From Octopus vulgaris (lineage: Eukaryota): a stretch of 64,000 nt of DNA. The translations under genes were made by a program, and so were the position numbers. The stretch spans positions 4,278,001 through 4,342,000 of the forward strand of contig OX597819.1 in assembly GCA_951406725.2 (NCBI GenBank). Reading direction: 5' to 3'. The notes under the pieces are model-generated. The model saw nothing but the letters and a program-made list of their open reading frames with translations. It was not told the origin of the DNA and made no database searches. Positions 1 to 13,698 of the stretch are shown here, in pieces. Positions within the stretch are counted from its first letter, which is position 1. Each line of letters starts with the position of its first letter.

Positions 1-678
1 TGCCGTGTTGAAATGGTCTGAATTCAAAGCCCATTACACATCCCATAAATGTATTTTGTCAGTGATAAGGATTAAATAAGGATCTCGAGTGATTTCAGTT
101 AAGGGGAAGAAATCATTTACTACTCATAACAACTATTTATTTGGAAGAAACAAATGACGTTTTCATAGCTTATTTAGAAAACGCTGTTGCTTTTCTGAGA
201 CTAAAAGTATAGCAGTATATAATTTCATCCATCTTGTTTACACCTCCAGTTTCCATTAGTGTCTAGTTTAGTTTTCATAACAAAGTACCAACAATATATT
301 GCGAGATATTCAATCAAATACGTCCCCCTCTATAATTAAAATATATCAATATATTTGAAATATAACCGAAATAGTTGATGAACACGTATAACAACCAAAA
401 CAACAACAAAAAAAACATACTCCAAGAGAAATCAATTTTATTTTTCAATTTAATATTTTCAATATATTTGTATCTTCCTAGTGGAATGTAAATTATCTAT
501 TTTCAATAGCAAATATGTTAAGATCATTTAGAAAACACATAAAAGCAATAAAGCATGAAAGTGGTTTGTTCTTTAAAACAACACATCGTCTTTTAAATAT
601 GAGCATTCGAAAAGTGATGTAACTAAATGCAAGCCATTTCGTTCAAGGCTGTAACGATTCTTACGATTTATAGCGCTC

Positions 679-719
<41 letters not shown>

Positions 720-720
720 G

Positions 721-1086
721 TGCATCTCTGATCACGAGCAGAAGTAGTGGGGGAGCATCATAGCCATGTGTTGTTGAGAGGGATGCTTTGGGGTTTGAAT
801 AGTTCACCTCTGGAAACTTGGGTGGTTCTTTCAACATCCTTAAACAACCCTTATTCAGGGACCTTTTGAGCGGGATGGGCTACTCAACCTGAAGAAAATT
901 CTAACTGGGCCCCACCTGCAAGGTCACGCGCTGTTTATCTTGATATGAGATCACCATGCCGCGCACATATGGTTGTGATGCATGTGCCTGGTGTACCTTT
1001 ATCAGACGGGTAGTCGTGATGGGTATATTGGGCTTCGTATATTTTACCCCAGTGTCACTTTGATGGCATGCACTGCTCTCTCACTC

Positions 1087-1087
<1 letters not shown>
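721..1087 (+). mobile_element. Non-coding interspersed repeat inserted in a (TAA)n tract, left-truncated copy
   Basis: Closely matches 1543-1900, shares the same right end and is flanked on both sides by (AAT)n. Orientation is inferred from the truncation. Confidence 0.7.
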
Positions 1088-1185
<98 letters not shown>

Positions 1186-1259
1186 AAGAAGAAGAAGAAG
1201 AAGAAGAAGAAGAAGAAGAAGAAGAAGAACAGCAACAACAACAACAACAACAACAACAA
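1087..1259. repeat. Compound microsatellite (AAT)n(AAG)n(AAC)n
   Basis: Read directly; explains the poly-N/K/L/F ORFs. Confidence 0.95.
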
Positions 1260-1354
1260 AACGGCTTGTATTTAGTTACGATACTTTCCGAATACTGATA
1301 TTTAAAAGACGAAGTGTTGTTGGAAAGCACAAGCCACTTTGGTGTTTAACATAA

Positions 1355-1906
1355 TAAATACCCTGGTGCTGTACCAGGCACTGGCTTTCATAACTTCTGA
1401 TCTTAACTGAGTGGAAGTGTTATCATGTTTTATCTTGGTGTAAAAGATGGGCTACAGCAAATATTCTGCTAAATACTTCAGATTTGTTTGTCAGTTCTTT
1501 GACCTTAACCAGTTGAGCATGCCCCTAAGTGGATGACAATATGTGCATCTCTGATCACGAGCACGAGTAGTGGGGGAACATCATAGCCATGTGTTGAAAG
1601 GAATTCTTTGGAGTTTGAATATACTCTGAAAATATGGGTGTTTCAACATCTTTAAACGACCCTTATTCAGGGACCTTTTGAGCGGGAGGGGCTACTCAAC
1701 CTGAAGAAAATTTTAACTGGACCCCACCTGTAAGGTCATGTGCTCTTTATCTTGATATGAGATCACCATGTCGCACACATACGGTTGTGATGCATGTGCC
1801 TGGTGTACCCTTATCAGACGGGTAGTCATGATGAGTATAATAGGCTTCGAATATTTTAACCCAGTGCCACTTTGATAGTATGTGTTGCTTTCTTATTGAA
1901 TAATAA
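1355..1906 (+). mobile_element. Longer copy of the TAA-associated repeat (about 550 bp)
   Basis: Its right 360 bp match 721-1087; it starts at a CCTGGT-GCTGT-ACCAGG hairpin after TAA repeats and ends in AATAATAAT. Confidence 0.7.
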
Positions 1907-1914
1907 TGTTAATA

Positions 1915-2517
1915 GTTTCAAATTTTAGCACAAGAGCAGCAATTTCGCGGGAGGGGTAGTTTGATTACAACAATCCCAGCACTCAGTTGGTACTTATTTT
2001 ATCAACCCCAAAAGTATTAAAGGTAAAGTCGACCTTGGCGAATTTGAACTCAGAACATAAAGACAGATAAAATACCTATTTCTTTACTACCCACAAGGGG
2101 CTAAACACAGAGGGGGCAAACGAGGACAGACAAACGGATCAAGTCGATTACATCGACCCCAGTGCGTAACTGGTACTTAATTTATCGACCCCGAAAGAAT
2201 GAAAGGCAAAGTCGACCTCGGCGGAATTTGAACTCAGAACGTAACGGCAGACGAAATACTGCTAAGCATTCCGGCCGGCGTGCTAACGATTCTGCCAGCT
2301 CGCTGCCCTCGCCCTAGGAGGCTGGGTATGTCTCGGCAAGTGATTGTAACAAACATGCAGATTATAAGTAAATCACAATAATGATTTTAAATTTTCACAC
2401 AAGGCAGCCATTTTGGAGAAGAAGGTGTGCTGACTCCAGTGTTCACCTGGTACTTAGGTTATCGATCCCGTAAGGATAAAAGGTAAAGCCGACCTCGGCG
2501 GAATTTGAACTCAGAAC
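1915..2517 (-). mobile_element. Cluster of three tRNA-derived SINE copies (family M); 2075-2306 is near full length
   Basis: Reverse complement has a B-box GAGTTCAAATTCC and the core GCCTTTCATCCTTTCGGGGTCGATAAA..AAGTACCAG, resembling the Meta/MESC SINE core; many copies in the window. Confidence 0.85.
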
Positions 2518-2558
2518 TTATCGACGGGCTGGTGGTGGTGGTGGTGGTGGTGGTGGTT

Positions 2559-2614
<56 letters not shown>

Positions 2615-3114
2615 TCTGTTTTCAAAACCTTATAAGTTTTGCACACCAGAAGTCATTAACTTATCCGATAACATCACTAGACACAAAACTAAATTTAATA
2701 AAAAATATATTTAGAAATTACAATATATCGAACTACTACGTGCAACTGACATATTCTAATTAGTACATATTATTAGGTACAAAATATATCGCTGCAGTCG
2801 CGTAAATGTGAGTAAATAAGTTTAGCAAAAGGGACAAACAAAAGAAAGTGGAATAAATTTCTGAAAATAGAAAATTGAAAAATTGAAATAGAACAACGAA
2901 GCACGACTGATTGTTATTATACGTATTATATGAAATATACTGCTTATGTAACCGTCACAAGCGAAAATAACGACCATACACACTCTTGAGAGAAATAATA
3001 CAAAAAGAAACAAGATTCTAATAAAATCGAAACACAATGTTTAAGTAAAACTAACGCTATCTAAAAATTAAGTCAATATGTCTAAGGATGAATCAATATT
3101 TTAGCTTGGATCTT

Positions 3115-3425
<311 letters not shown>

Positions 3426-3619
3426 CAAAGGCTATTTGCTAACGTAATGTGGCTGTTCCGAAAGTGACGATGTTGTTTTAGCCCCATGAAACATCGTTTC
3501 TAGCTGGCTATACGATACACTACCTGTGTGCTTAATTTTCGAACAGGAAGCTCAGCGTTCCTATAAAGCGAAAGACATCAATTGTGGACTAGTTTCTGGG
3601 TTATCACCCTTTATCAACA

Positions 3620-6460
3620 TTTCGATTGAGCTAGGGTGCACAAATGTGCGTAGGCTGGGTCGAAATGGAAACAAGGTTGTTTCCTGGACGACCTCAGGTC
3701 ACGACATATAGATGTGGCCATTGCAACTGAGTCCAAGATCAGTGGACCACAAGCGTTCTCGCCTCTTCTGGATGGCTATGAGAAATTTATTTCTCCTAGC
3801 CGACGAGGAGGAGGGAGCGTGGTGGTTCTACTCCGGAAGACCTTGGACTTACAGGTAAGTACAGTCTTTCTGGACCCTGGTCGTCCTAGATGTGACCCAC
3901 GAGAGTAAATAGTCCTTCAGGCTGGTAGCTGTCTATGTTCCTAAGGAGTGTAGGCAGTATGAGTTTTTTTTCGAAACCTGGAGCACTTTCTAATGACGTC
4001 AAAAACGGTAGTTCTGTCAGGAGAATTTAACACTATCTTCGATGTGCGGTTGGATAGTGTTGGCTCGACTGAGGAGGGGAAATCCTGGCCTCAAGGGTCT
4101 ACTAGAGAGCTATAACCTAGTAGACCGTTACAGACTGGATGAGCCGAGCGTTCCACAGTGGACGTGGAGTAATAACGGCGGCTCATACAGATCTTAAATA
4201 GACAAGGTATTCGTTTGAGATAGGGATACTTTTAGTTATCCACAATTTTGCATTGTGCCTTACATGGATCACAAATTTGTGATGTGTGAGGTACATATAG
4301 ATAAATGTCATAGACAGGGACCCGGGTACTGGGAAATGAACAAGTCTATTTTGACTTGTGAAGCCTTCCGTACCCGGATTAAGGATTTAGTACGCAGGGC
4401 ACTATGTGGTGCCATCATTAATAATAAATGGCGGCACGTCCTCAAGAGAGCCATTCGTTTAGAGTCTATTAGATTTAGCAATCAGCTAAGTTTAACTAGA
4501 TCTAGAATAGAAAAGGAACTAGTTAAGAATTTAGACGAAGCTATGGAATCTGACTCTGCAGCTAGAGTGCTGGCAGCGGGAACTGTCCTGTACCGTCATC
4601 TCAAAGCCAAGAACGAAGGCTGTAGAGTTAGAGCTAAGCTCCGTGCAGTAGGACGAGAAGGTATTAACGGTGCCGGATGGGCCCGTCGTGTGGAGTGTCT
4701 GAGGGGCAAAAAAAGCACCTATAAAGTCTTTAACTGACGAACAGGGGCGCAAGATCTATAGACAGGAAAAGATGAAAAAGGCCTTTCACCAGCATTTCGC
4801 CCGGTTGTTTGGGTCCGGACGGGCTCTGTCCCTGAAGGGAAGAGCGGAGGTGGTACAGGTGTCATCACCTACCGCCTAACTGTTGTCCCTTGTCCCGACT
4901 CGTGGCGAAACAAGTTGGAGCGCCTCCTCTTCCGCTTTTTGTGGAAAGGAGGAAAGCCACTTGTGAGACGCTCTGTCTGCTGCCAGGAACTGCTAATGGG
5001 TGGGTTAGGGATGCTCTGGCTAATGATGCGCAGACATGTGTTGAGGCTGAGGCTCTCTAGCACCGCCTGGAGGGTGACAAGGTGTGGAATCCGCTGGCAG
5101 AGGAATTCTTTCCACGACCAGCCTCCTTGGAGTGATTCGAACCCGGTTTCATTAAAAGACGTAATCTGACTGAATGGCAAAAGGAGTGTCGACAGGCATT
5201 CGTGCTTATCACAAGACGGGCAAGGCCGGCAGTGGAAATACCTCCTCGGTTTGGTATAAAGTGTCGGTTTGTGGAGGCGCAATGGCCCAGTGATTAGGGC
5301 AGCGGACTCGCGGTCATAGGATCGCGGTTTCGATTCCCAGACCGGGCGTTGTGAGTGTTTATTGAGCGAAAACACCTAAAGCTCCACGAGGCTCCGGCAG
5401 GGGGTGGTGGTGATCCCTGCTGTACTCTTTCACCACAACTTTCTCTCACTCTTACTTCCTGTTTCTGTTGTACCTATATTTTAAAGGGCCGGCCTTGTCA
5501 CTCTCTGTGTCACGCTGAATATCCCCGAGAACTACGTTAAGGGTACACGTGTCTGTGGAGTGCTCAGCCACTTACACGTTCATTTTACGAGCAGGCTGTT
5601 CCGTTGATTCGGATCAACCGGAACCCTCATCGTCGTAACCGACGGAGTGCTTCCATAAAGTGTTGTTAGAGAGTAAAAAACGATGGCGTCCTAGGAGGGC
5701 CGCTAGGGTTCGATGAGAACTAACTTACCAACTTGTTTCAAAAAACTTTCAGGCCAGGGTATTTGGATAATTATCAAAAATCCCTGACCTGGCAATGTTA
5801 TCGTAACGCTTTACCTATTCGTGAGAATTTATCCAAGCACTGAATGTCAGTGCCATCGACATGTCCAAGAACTGGGTTGGACGAGGAAACCGTGCAGCAC
5901 GCTCTTGTACATTGTTGGAAGCTGTCAGGCTTGATAATTTACGTTGTCGCATCTGGGTAGAGTATAGCTATCGGCTGAATCTATGATAAAGATGGGAACG
6001 CCAACCGGACTCACAAAGGAAGGTGACATGTTTTCTCTGTACAGTTGCAGTGACGAAAGAGTGTGTATGGAGGACTAGAATGCAAGGGCTCGTGACGGGA
6101 TCCTTCATCTTCGGCCCTGGTCTGCTACTATACTTCAGATACCATCTGAAGAGCAAGATAGGGCTGGAGAGGAGGATTCTGTCACGAAACGTGTTTGAGA
6201 AAAGATAGAAGGCTGTGATAAGAAAGGTGGGTGTAAGTAACCCTACTTAACCGTCATTAAAAAAAGGAAAGGGATAGCCGCTGGGCCTTTCAGGCAACCG
6301 GGTATAACCCCGCAAAACAAAAGGTAACGTATATTATATATATATATATCATCAATATTTTTAAGCCATAAGTTATACTCGAGCTCATTATAACAATATA
6401 TGTGTGCATTGTCCTGTACTGTCCACTCTTTATGTGATATTTATTATCGTAATAAAAAAA
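3620..6460 (+). mobile_element. Degenerate L1/Tx1-clade LINE ORF2 with an internal deletion of the RT core
   Basis: APE motifs (NVR.L, ATESK, QWTW, DHKFV, GPGYWEMNKSIL), post-RT LFRFLWKG..GGLG, C-terminal EETVQHALVHC and a final AATAAAAAAA; many stops and frameshifts. Confidence 0.85.
5265..5654 (+). mobile_element. Full-length tRNA-derived SINE inserted in the Tx1 LINE
   Basis: A-box TGGCCCAGTGA, B-box GGTTTCGATTCCC; target-site duplication ATAAAGTGT at 5256-5264 and 5655-5663. Confidence 0.9.
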
Positions 6461-7132
6461 TTCATCTGGCCAAAGCAGTTACTCTGTGTTGATAAAGAGC
6501 AGTAACCCAGAAACTAGTCCATGGATATTGTTTTGCGCTTGGTGGGAATGCTGAGCTCACTGCTTGAATATATGAGGACGCAGTGTCGTATAGCCAGCTA
6601 GAAATGATGTTCTTTGGGGCTAAAACAACAGTAACGTCGTTCCTTTCGGGACAGCTACATTGTATTGACAAATAGCCTTTATTTTTAAGAACTGTTACTG
6701 AATGTCTCTCTTTCAGAGATTTAGAAAGAATAATATATATATATATATATAGTTATTGTATATATATATATATAGTTATAGTTATTGTATATTCTGTTAA
6801 GAACGTGGTAGAGTACAGTCTAAAGCTCGTCTACATTCAGTTTTACCTTGTGCTATCCAGTTGTAGTATTATGGGTACTTCCAGGGTTGCGTTTGGGCAT
6901 CTGTCATGTGTGAATAGATAATTGAAAAAATTGGAGTTGACAAGAAGGGGAACGGTTAGACGATTTTTTTGTTGACTCTAATTCTTTCGATTACATATAT
7001 ATATATATAATAGAAATATTAAAATTACTAAGTCTCAAATAGCTAACTTAAGGCGATGGCCTCATGGAGCTAATAAGCGGTCAGCTTTATTCTTATTTTT
7101 ATAAGAATGCCATATTAGTATGGCGATATATA

Positions 7133-7196
<64 letters not shown>

Positions 7197-7389
7197 GAGA
7201 TACCACCAAGCTAGATATAGCAGCCAGAACTTGACTCTAAAACCACATTAAATGTATATCTAGTAAGGTGGTATCTTTTAGATACCCTTAATTATAATTT
7301 TAATAATAATTATTAGCCATGAGGTTTTTATTCCCATGCTAACCACTTGATATCATCGGTATTTGAAATATATATATGTGACGCGCTTT

Positions 7390-7548
7390 TTTTTTAGTTT
7401 TTTTAGTTTTTGTCTACCAAATCTACTCTCAAGCGTTGGTTGGACAGGGGCTATAGAAGAAAATACTCGCTCAAGGTTCAACGCAGTGGGATTGAACCTG
7501 GAACTACATGGCTGGAAAGCAAACTTCTTGCCACACAACCAGATCTGC
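7390..7548 (-). mobile_element. Head of SINE family C
   Basis: Reverse complement matches 52237-52395. Confidence 0.75.
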
Positions 7549-7759
7549 GACAATCAGCAACAAAAACATTATTCGCAGTGACATGGTACACATTGCGATT
7601 ACGATACGGAAGTAACGTTACAAGCAGCTCGTGGGAGAGCTTTTGTTAAATGTTTGAGTTAGAACTGACAGGCTTCTTTCATACTGTTTAGCAGAGGAAA
7701 TAAAAACGAATTAAAAATACAACGCTCACTAGTTTGAATTATTACATTCCTATTGCAGT

Positions 7760-8420
7760 ATAAAAGAGGCAAACTAGATAGAGAAGGAATAAACGAAGTG
7801 ACCGAAAATATCAATGCAAACGCAGTTGCAAATATACAGAGATTTATAATAAACAATAATAAAATATCAAAAATTAAATAAAACAAATTATATGACGATA
7901 CACATTGAAAATATAACAAAACAACCGACAAAAGTTTGAAATAACCGATCTACTACAAACCAATGGAAGCACCGAAACAAAATCCACCACATATAAAATA
8001 CATTAGACTCAACAAGTGAAAGAAATCAACACAGAAAATATGACTACTCATACAATAAAGGAAACCTTAAAACGCATTCAAAATACTACAAAACTCACTT
8101 CAGAGGAAACAAAGAAATCATTAGAGCAAATCAAAAATAGGCACAAAGAAAAAAAATGTAAATCCAAAAGATTGTGAAAGCCATACAAATCCTCGTATAT
8201 ATAAAAAAAAACCGTACCAAAATACACAGCTGCAGAAAGCTGTATCTTTGACCAAACACCTAACAACAAACAGAACAAAAGCATACATCACAACAAAGTA
8301 AATAAAGCTAACATTGAGAAGAACTTAACAGAAACAATAATGCCGAAAACAGAAAAGAATACAAGAAAATCGATTTTCATCGATTTTGTTATAAAATTTT
8401 TAAAAAGTCGAGCTGAATAC
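7760..8420 (+). pseudogene. Highly decayed Penelope-like RT relic
   Basis: Faint, broken traces of DIxSLY, QxxG and YxKPT-like motifs in order. Confidence 0.35.
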
Positions 8421-8649
8421 AAGAAATAGCTTTCTAGATATAGATAGGTTAACAATTTCAGTTATGGCTTTTGCTTCAGCATAATGGTTTCTAATTTAGG
8501 TACAAAGCCAGCAGCTTTGAGAGGAAAGAATTAGTCAGTACCGCCGATCCCAGTACGTGACTGGTATTTCATTTTATTAATCCCGGAACGCTGATAGGTA
8601 AAGTCGAGTTGGACGGAATTTGAACACAATCTAAAGTATCGCAATTCAT

Positions 8650-10900
8650 TCCTTCCCACATTCAAACTGTTCTGCTAGTTTGGTGATTAGAAAAGATGAC
8701 ACACACACAAAAAAAATAAAACCAGGTAACAATTGTGGAGCTACTTAGTGGCAAGCAAAGGAGAACTGATTAATGTAATCAGGAAACTATAAAAAGAAAT
8801 TTCTCTTTTTATAAATGTAATCAAATAGCTACACTCATGAAAAATATTTAGATAAGGACAAGACAAAAGAAAAGTTATTAAAAAATACCTAACAAAAGAA
8901 AAAGAATGAAGACGAAGTGGACCATGGTCAAGGTTCTAAGATATCGGAAATATAAAAGAGTGGAAGCCAAGAATTGCTCAGAGTTAGAGAACATTGATCG
9001 TTGATTAGCGAGCTTCAGAGCAAGTTTAGGCGTGTAGTGCATGCATTAAGATGACGCGCAAATAAGTTATCCAAAACTTTCAAATTCTCTTTATTGCAAA
9101 CGAGAATATTTAATAGAAAACAAGAAAATTGCAGCAAAGGTGCGTGATAGTGGTGCCAGACGTGGCACGCTAACTATCATATAACTTGTTTGACATTGTG
9201 TTTTTATTCTTTTCTTCTGTTTTATTTTGACATGCGCATTGCGTGTTCATACTTCTCTTTCCAGTTCCTACTCAAAACTGTTTACAGATGACAACCATCT
9301 CATGAACTTGCGCCTGTGAGGAGTACCTCGCACTCTGATGGTTATGAAAGCAGAAAAACACATAATCCCAACATAACTGTAAGAGATATCGGAATGGTTC
9401 AAATAACTGTAAGGAAGTCATAAACGAAGACAAATAGATGAAAGATGGACCTAAGAATGTCTTTGATAGGCTTTTGCCATTCTTTGATCTTAAAACATGA
9501 ATAATGAGTAAGTAACCGGCCGGTGCATCGATCGTGAATTAAGTTAGCAGAAGATCATTTAAGTTTTAAACAAAAGATAGATTTGTAAACAGAAATCAAT
9601 TCTCAATAAAAAGACAAATATTTTTTTTTAAATATATTCCTGGCGACTTTTTCTCTCGATTCCACTTCCACCAACACCTAACACCCTTGTCCAACATTAT
9701 TAACTAGACTGGATGCAGATGTAACTTCTATGAAATCACAGTCGTTGATCTACTATATACAATTGACCTGATACTAATTGCTGTTGATGGCAGGCAGCTG
9801 GAAAACCTGTTGCACGTAGTGTACGTATTCAGAAGAATTTGTAATTCGCTTAGAAGAAAAATGCAGTAACACTACCCTGAAGAAAGAGAATCTAATAAAA
9901 CAAATACTAATATCCTGTTGGATAAAGTAACAGAGATAAGAGAATTAGATTAAAGATGTACATACAACTACTCACGAGTGGAAGAACCACAGAGTACAAA
10001 ACAGACAAATTAAATAAACGGCTAGTAATTAGTATCATAAAAGGATTAGATTTATTCTTAAATTGCTTGAAATTAGATAACTGGCACCAATACTCTAGCA
10101 GTTTTAGTAATATATTTAGTATATATTCTCAATAGTAAGTTAAGTGAATTAGCAAGTCTGGATAAGAAAACAAGGAAAATAATCACAGCATTTAGAACGC
10201 CGACACAAAGAGATTATATTTATCACAAACACAACGAGATAGGTGTCTAAAGGGAAACTGATATAAATAGCAACATAACATTAACGAGCTGTGAGGATGG
10301 AAAAGTAATAACATAAAATACAAACACTCACGCAAAAAGGAATTAAATATAGAACGGGACAAAATAATGCATACTAACATGCCAGTAAAATGATCCCCAA
10401 CATTATTAATACCCGGCCGAACTTGGCAAAGTAGAACTGGATGAAAAAAGTGTTTTAACACTTGTTGAGAATAAACTACTGAAACATATTATGAAGTCGA
10501 GTTTAAAATCTAACTAAAGAATATGCAGTGGCTGTGAAGAAGCAATCAATCACTGTTTCCCGGCTGCTCATAACATAAAGTATAAACAAACACTCCAGCG
10601 ATTAATGTTTTATGCACTGGAAATTATACAAATATTACGAAATATATTAAAAAAAGAGCCTAGTGAACGCCAAATAGGTGCCCACATTCCTAGACACGAC
10701 AATTCAAACAGAGAGATTATTAAAGCAAATCTTCGAGATATCATTGTTAATTACTATCAGGAAAATATCTTCGGATCGATTTATTGATTCCCATAGATAA
10801 CGGATAAATATAGCAACTATAGAAATATGCCTGGAGAAAACAGAAATCCAGATTGTGAGGATTGAAAATTCACCCAGTATACATAATAGGTGACATTAGA
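8650..10900 (+). pseudogene. Highly decayed R4/Dong-like LINE relic
   Basis: Traces of GDSLS, LDKKTRKII and AD..RLY, collinear with the better preserved element at 36780-39096. Confidence 0.5.
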
Positions 10901-10960
10901 AATTTTCCTAAGGGAGCCTTTTGCATGAGGTGAAAATTTGTTAATTGTGTGCTATTATAT

Positions 10961-11378
10961 TTATATGTCGATCTGAAAATAATTTTTAATTAATTGAAAT
11001 TATAACTGTAAATTCATTTGCGATAATGAAAATTACTCTCAGAAGAGGCAAGGTAGAAATTTTCCAGAATTTCTATTTACCAAAAATTTATCGGTGATAT
11101 GGAGGTGGAGAAATGAGCCTGAGATCTTGGTAGCAATGCGCAGCTGCAAGCTTTGTTGAGGGGATCTTCTAAGGCAGATACAAATCCGTAGTTGTCACCA
11201 TAGATACTTAACATGAAATTCACTACCCGCATTTCGCATATTTTCATTTTATTTTTAATCAATTAGCGTTTCAGAAGTTCTTGCCCTCTTTGAGTATAAC
11301 TTTCATCAACGTTAATGGCTTTTCTTAGTTTGTTTATAATTTCAATTAATTAAACACTATTTTCGGCTTATCATATAA
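10961..11378. mobile_element. MITE-like inverted repeat with about 90-bp arms
   Basis: AATTAATTGAAATTATAA..TGAAAATTACTCTCAGAAGAGGCAAG versus CTTGCCCTCTTTGAGTATAACTTTCA..TTATAATTTCAATTAATT. Confidence 0.55.
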
Positions 11379-11811
11379 CGGACATTAGCTTATAATAAAT
11401 TATACAATAGGCGCCTTGTAATTTCCAAAAAGAAATGCAGAGAAACATATAACAAAAGACCCCAGAGCTTGTACACTATGGAGAAAATATCATTACTAGT
11501 CACTGCATATCAGAGACAATTATCTCAAAGCAATTAAAACAAACAATTTACGTAACCCCTCACATACAGAGCTGGTATCGGTTAAGCATTGAAAGCAAAC
11601 AGTAACAACCACAAAAGCAACTGTTTAACTTTGATTGATTACAGTCGAGAGTAGACATGGGATTCGGTTCAATAAGCAATCACAGTGAGCACTACGCTAT
11701 AGACGTTTAGCGATGCAACTAAATATGGTAAAGCATTTTATCCGGAGCTGTACGGTCTGTCATCTAAGGGAGATAATTTGAATTCAGAATATAAAAGCAT
11801 GTAAACTGATA

Positions 11812-12350
11812 TAAATTTTAAATTTTGGCACAAGGCCAGCAATTTTGGGAACGGAGTTAAGTCGATTACATCGACCCAGTGCTCAGTTGGTACTTATTTC
11901 AACCTCGAAAGGATGAAAGACAAAGTCGACTCCGCAGCATTTGAACTCAGAACGTAAAGTCGGAAGGAATGCCGCAAATCATTTTGTCCGGCGCAGTAAC
12001 GTTTCTGCTGGTTCGCCACCTTGGCATGTCAATTAATATAAGTTTGAAAATTTGCACAAGCAATTTTGGGGGAGAAGGTATGTCGATTACATCGACCCTA
12101 GTATTCAACTGGTACTTATTTTGTCGATTCCCGACAAGATGAAACGCAAAGTCGGCTTCGGCGGAATTTGAACTCAGAACGTAACGACGGACGAAATACC
12201 ACTAAACATTTTACTCAACGCAGAAGCGATTCGACTGGAAGGTCTCGGAGTATTTGCTCTCAGAGCTCTGAATTCAAACCAAGATCAACTTTGCTCTTTG
12301 TCCATTCGGGGTCGATAAATAAAGTACCAGTAAAATAATTGGTCGAGTCG
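11812..12350 (-). mobile_element. Three SINE family M copies (two minus, one partial plus)
   Basis: Same B-box and core as 23286-23512. Confidence 0.8.
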
Positions 12351-12421
12351 TGTCTCTCTGTTTTCCTCCTCTTCTCTCTATGTATGTATGTATGTATGTT
12401 GCTATGTATCTCTCTGTCTGT

Positions 12422-12494
<73 letters not shown>

Positions 12495-13374
12495 CTTCCT
12501 TCCTGTCATCGAATCGGCTGCGTTTCGCAATCAGAAGGTCAACTCACGGTTATATTTCACTGTAGAGGACCAGTCACAGCGCTTTTTCCCCAGAGTCAAG
12601 GAACGAGTAATTTTTTGCACAAAAACGTATATACTACCGAAACCAAAGAAGAACAGTTCGATGTACGGCACAGTCATAACGGTATTAAAATAAAATATAC
12701 TCATTATTACTGTCGTGGAATGAGAGAAGAACAAAGTAACATAGGCATGTAGTCCTCACCTTTCTGAGTGCAAGTCATGTCGACAAAATTTAACCTATAA
12801 CTCTTCAAGGGAGAGTGTGATTTACAGATTAGAGCAAAGATGTTAACTGAAACATATCCTTAATCGCATTATTGTCACTCAGTGACACTAGTAATAACTT
12901 CAGCTGCCATATGGCGTACTTTTACGTAACCAAGAATTGCAATACTTGATAATAATAATAAGTGCCATACTGCCGATTTTTACCACAACTCAGACCGGAA
13001 GAGATTTTCTTATATTTCAACAAACCAAAACGCTCGTTGTACGGTGTTGCCTCGTGGCATGCCATTGTTGATATAGACATATGGAATGTAGATTAACGAT
13101 GACCTAAAAGAAATGGTGAGAAATTACATAAAAATGTGAAATAATTAAATATGACGTCGAATGTAGCGAACAAAATTTCACCGCCTACAGACTGAGACGA
13201 ATTTAAACATATGACGGAGATCAACTGAAAGGATGTCACATGACTTCCTATCTGCAGATTTGCTTCTAAATTTTTAAGACGTTTTTCTCACTGCTCAACA
13301 CATTCAGATCTTTACCTACTTTATGTGTTTCTCCAGTGAAACTAGAAGAAATTTCAAAAATCTGTATGAATGTG

Positions 13375-13424
<50 letters not shown>

Positions 13425-13427
<3 letters not shown>

Positions 13428-13690
13428 TTCTTCACATTGAGAGAAGAAAGAGATGGACGCTTCAATTCTATGCTGCTGCCGCATTATGTCGTACGCGAAT
13501 GAGAGGATTTGCATCCCCAACCAAGAATTTTTGATGTAACACATGTCCTTGTGGAAGTTGTGCGCGGCTGAAGAAGGCCACAGACATACATTATGCATTG
13601 TTATAAATCTGTAATAAATCTGTCTAATAAAGGCCCGAAACATATGTACCGCTGAATCCTTGGCATCATGTTTTTATTTTGACCAATTTA
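13425..13690 (+). mobile_element. Penelope-like pseudo-LTR fragment in (TA)n (HHR family A)
   Basis: Homologous to the reverse complement of 25820-26055 and contains an HHR. Confidence 0.7.
13564..13652 (+). ncRNA. Type I hammerhead ribozyme, family A
   Basis: GCGG-CTGAAGA-AGGCC...GGCCC-GAAAC-ATAT-GTA-CCGC; palindromic helix III ACATATGT and a long helix II insert. Confidence 0.8.
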
Positions 13691-13698
13691 TATATATA

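Noticed and set aside
982-1330. ORFs with poly-N/K/L/C and the many [12 protein letters not shown] and IYLS ORFs across the window
   Set aside because: They are translations of microsatellites.
5273-5350. tRNA-like sequence (also 19170 and 20138)
   Set aside because: These are SINE heads followed by SINE bodies, with a TSD at 5265-5654; not tRNA genes.
7040-7090. AGCTAAC...GTCAGCT stem in a TA-flanked segment
   Set aside because: No hammerhead core.
11077-11262. Minus-strand ORF with a possible splice donor
   Set aside because: It lies inside a MITE-like inverted repeat and has no recognisable protein similarity.
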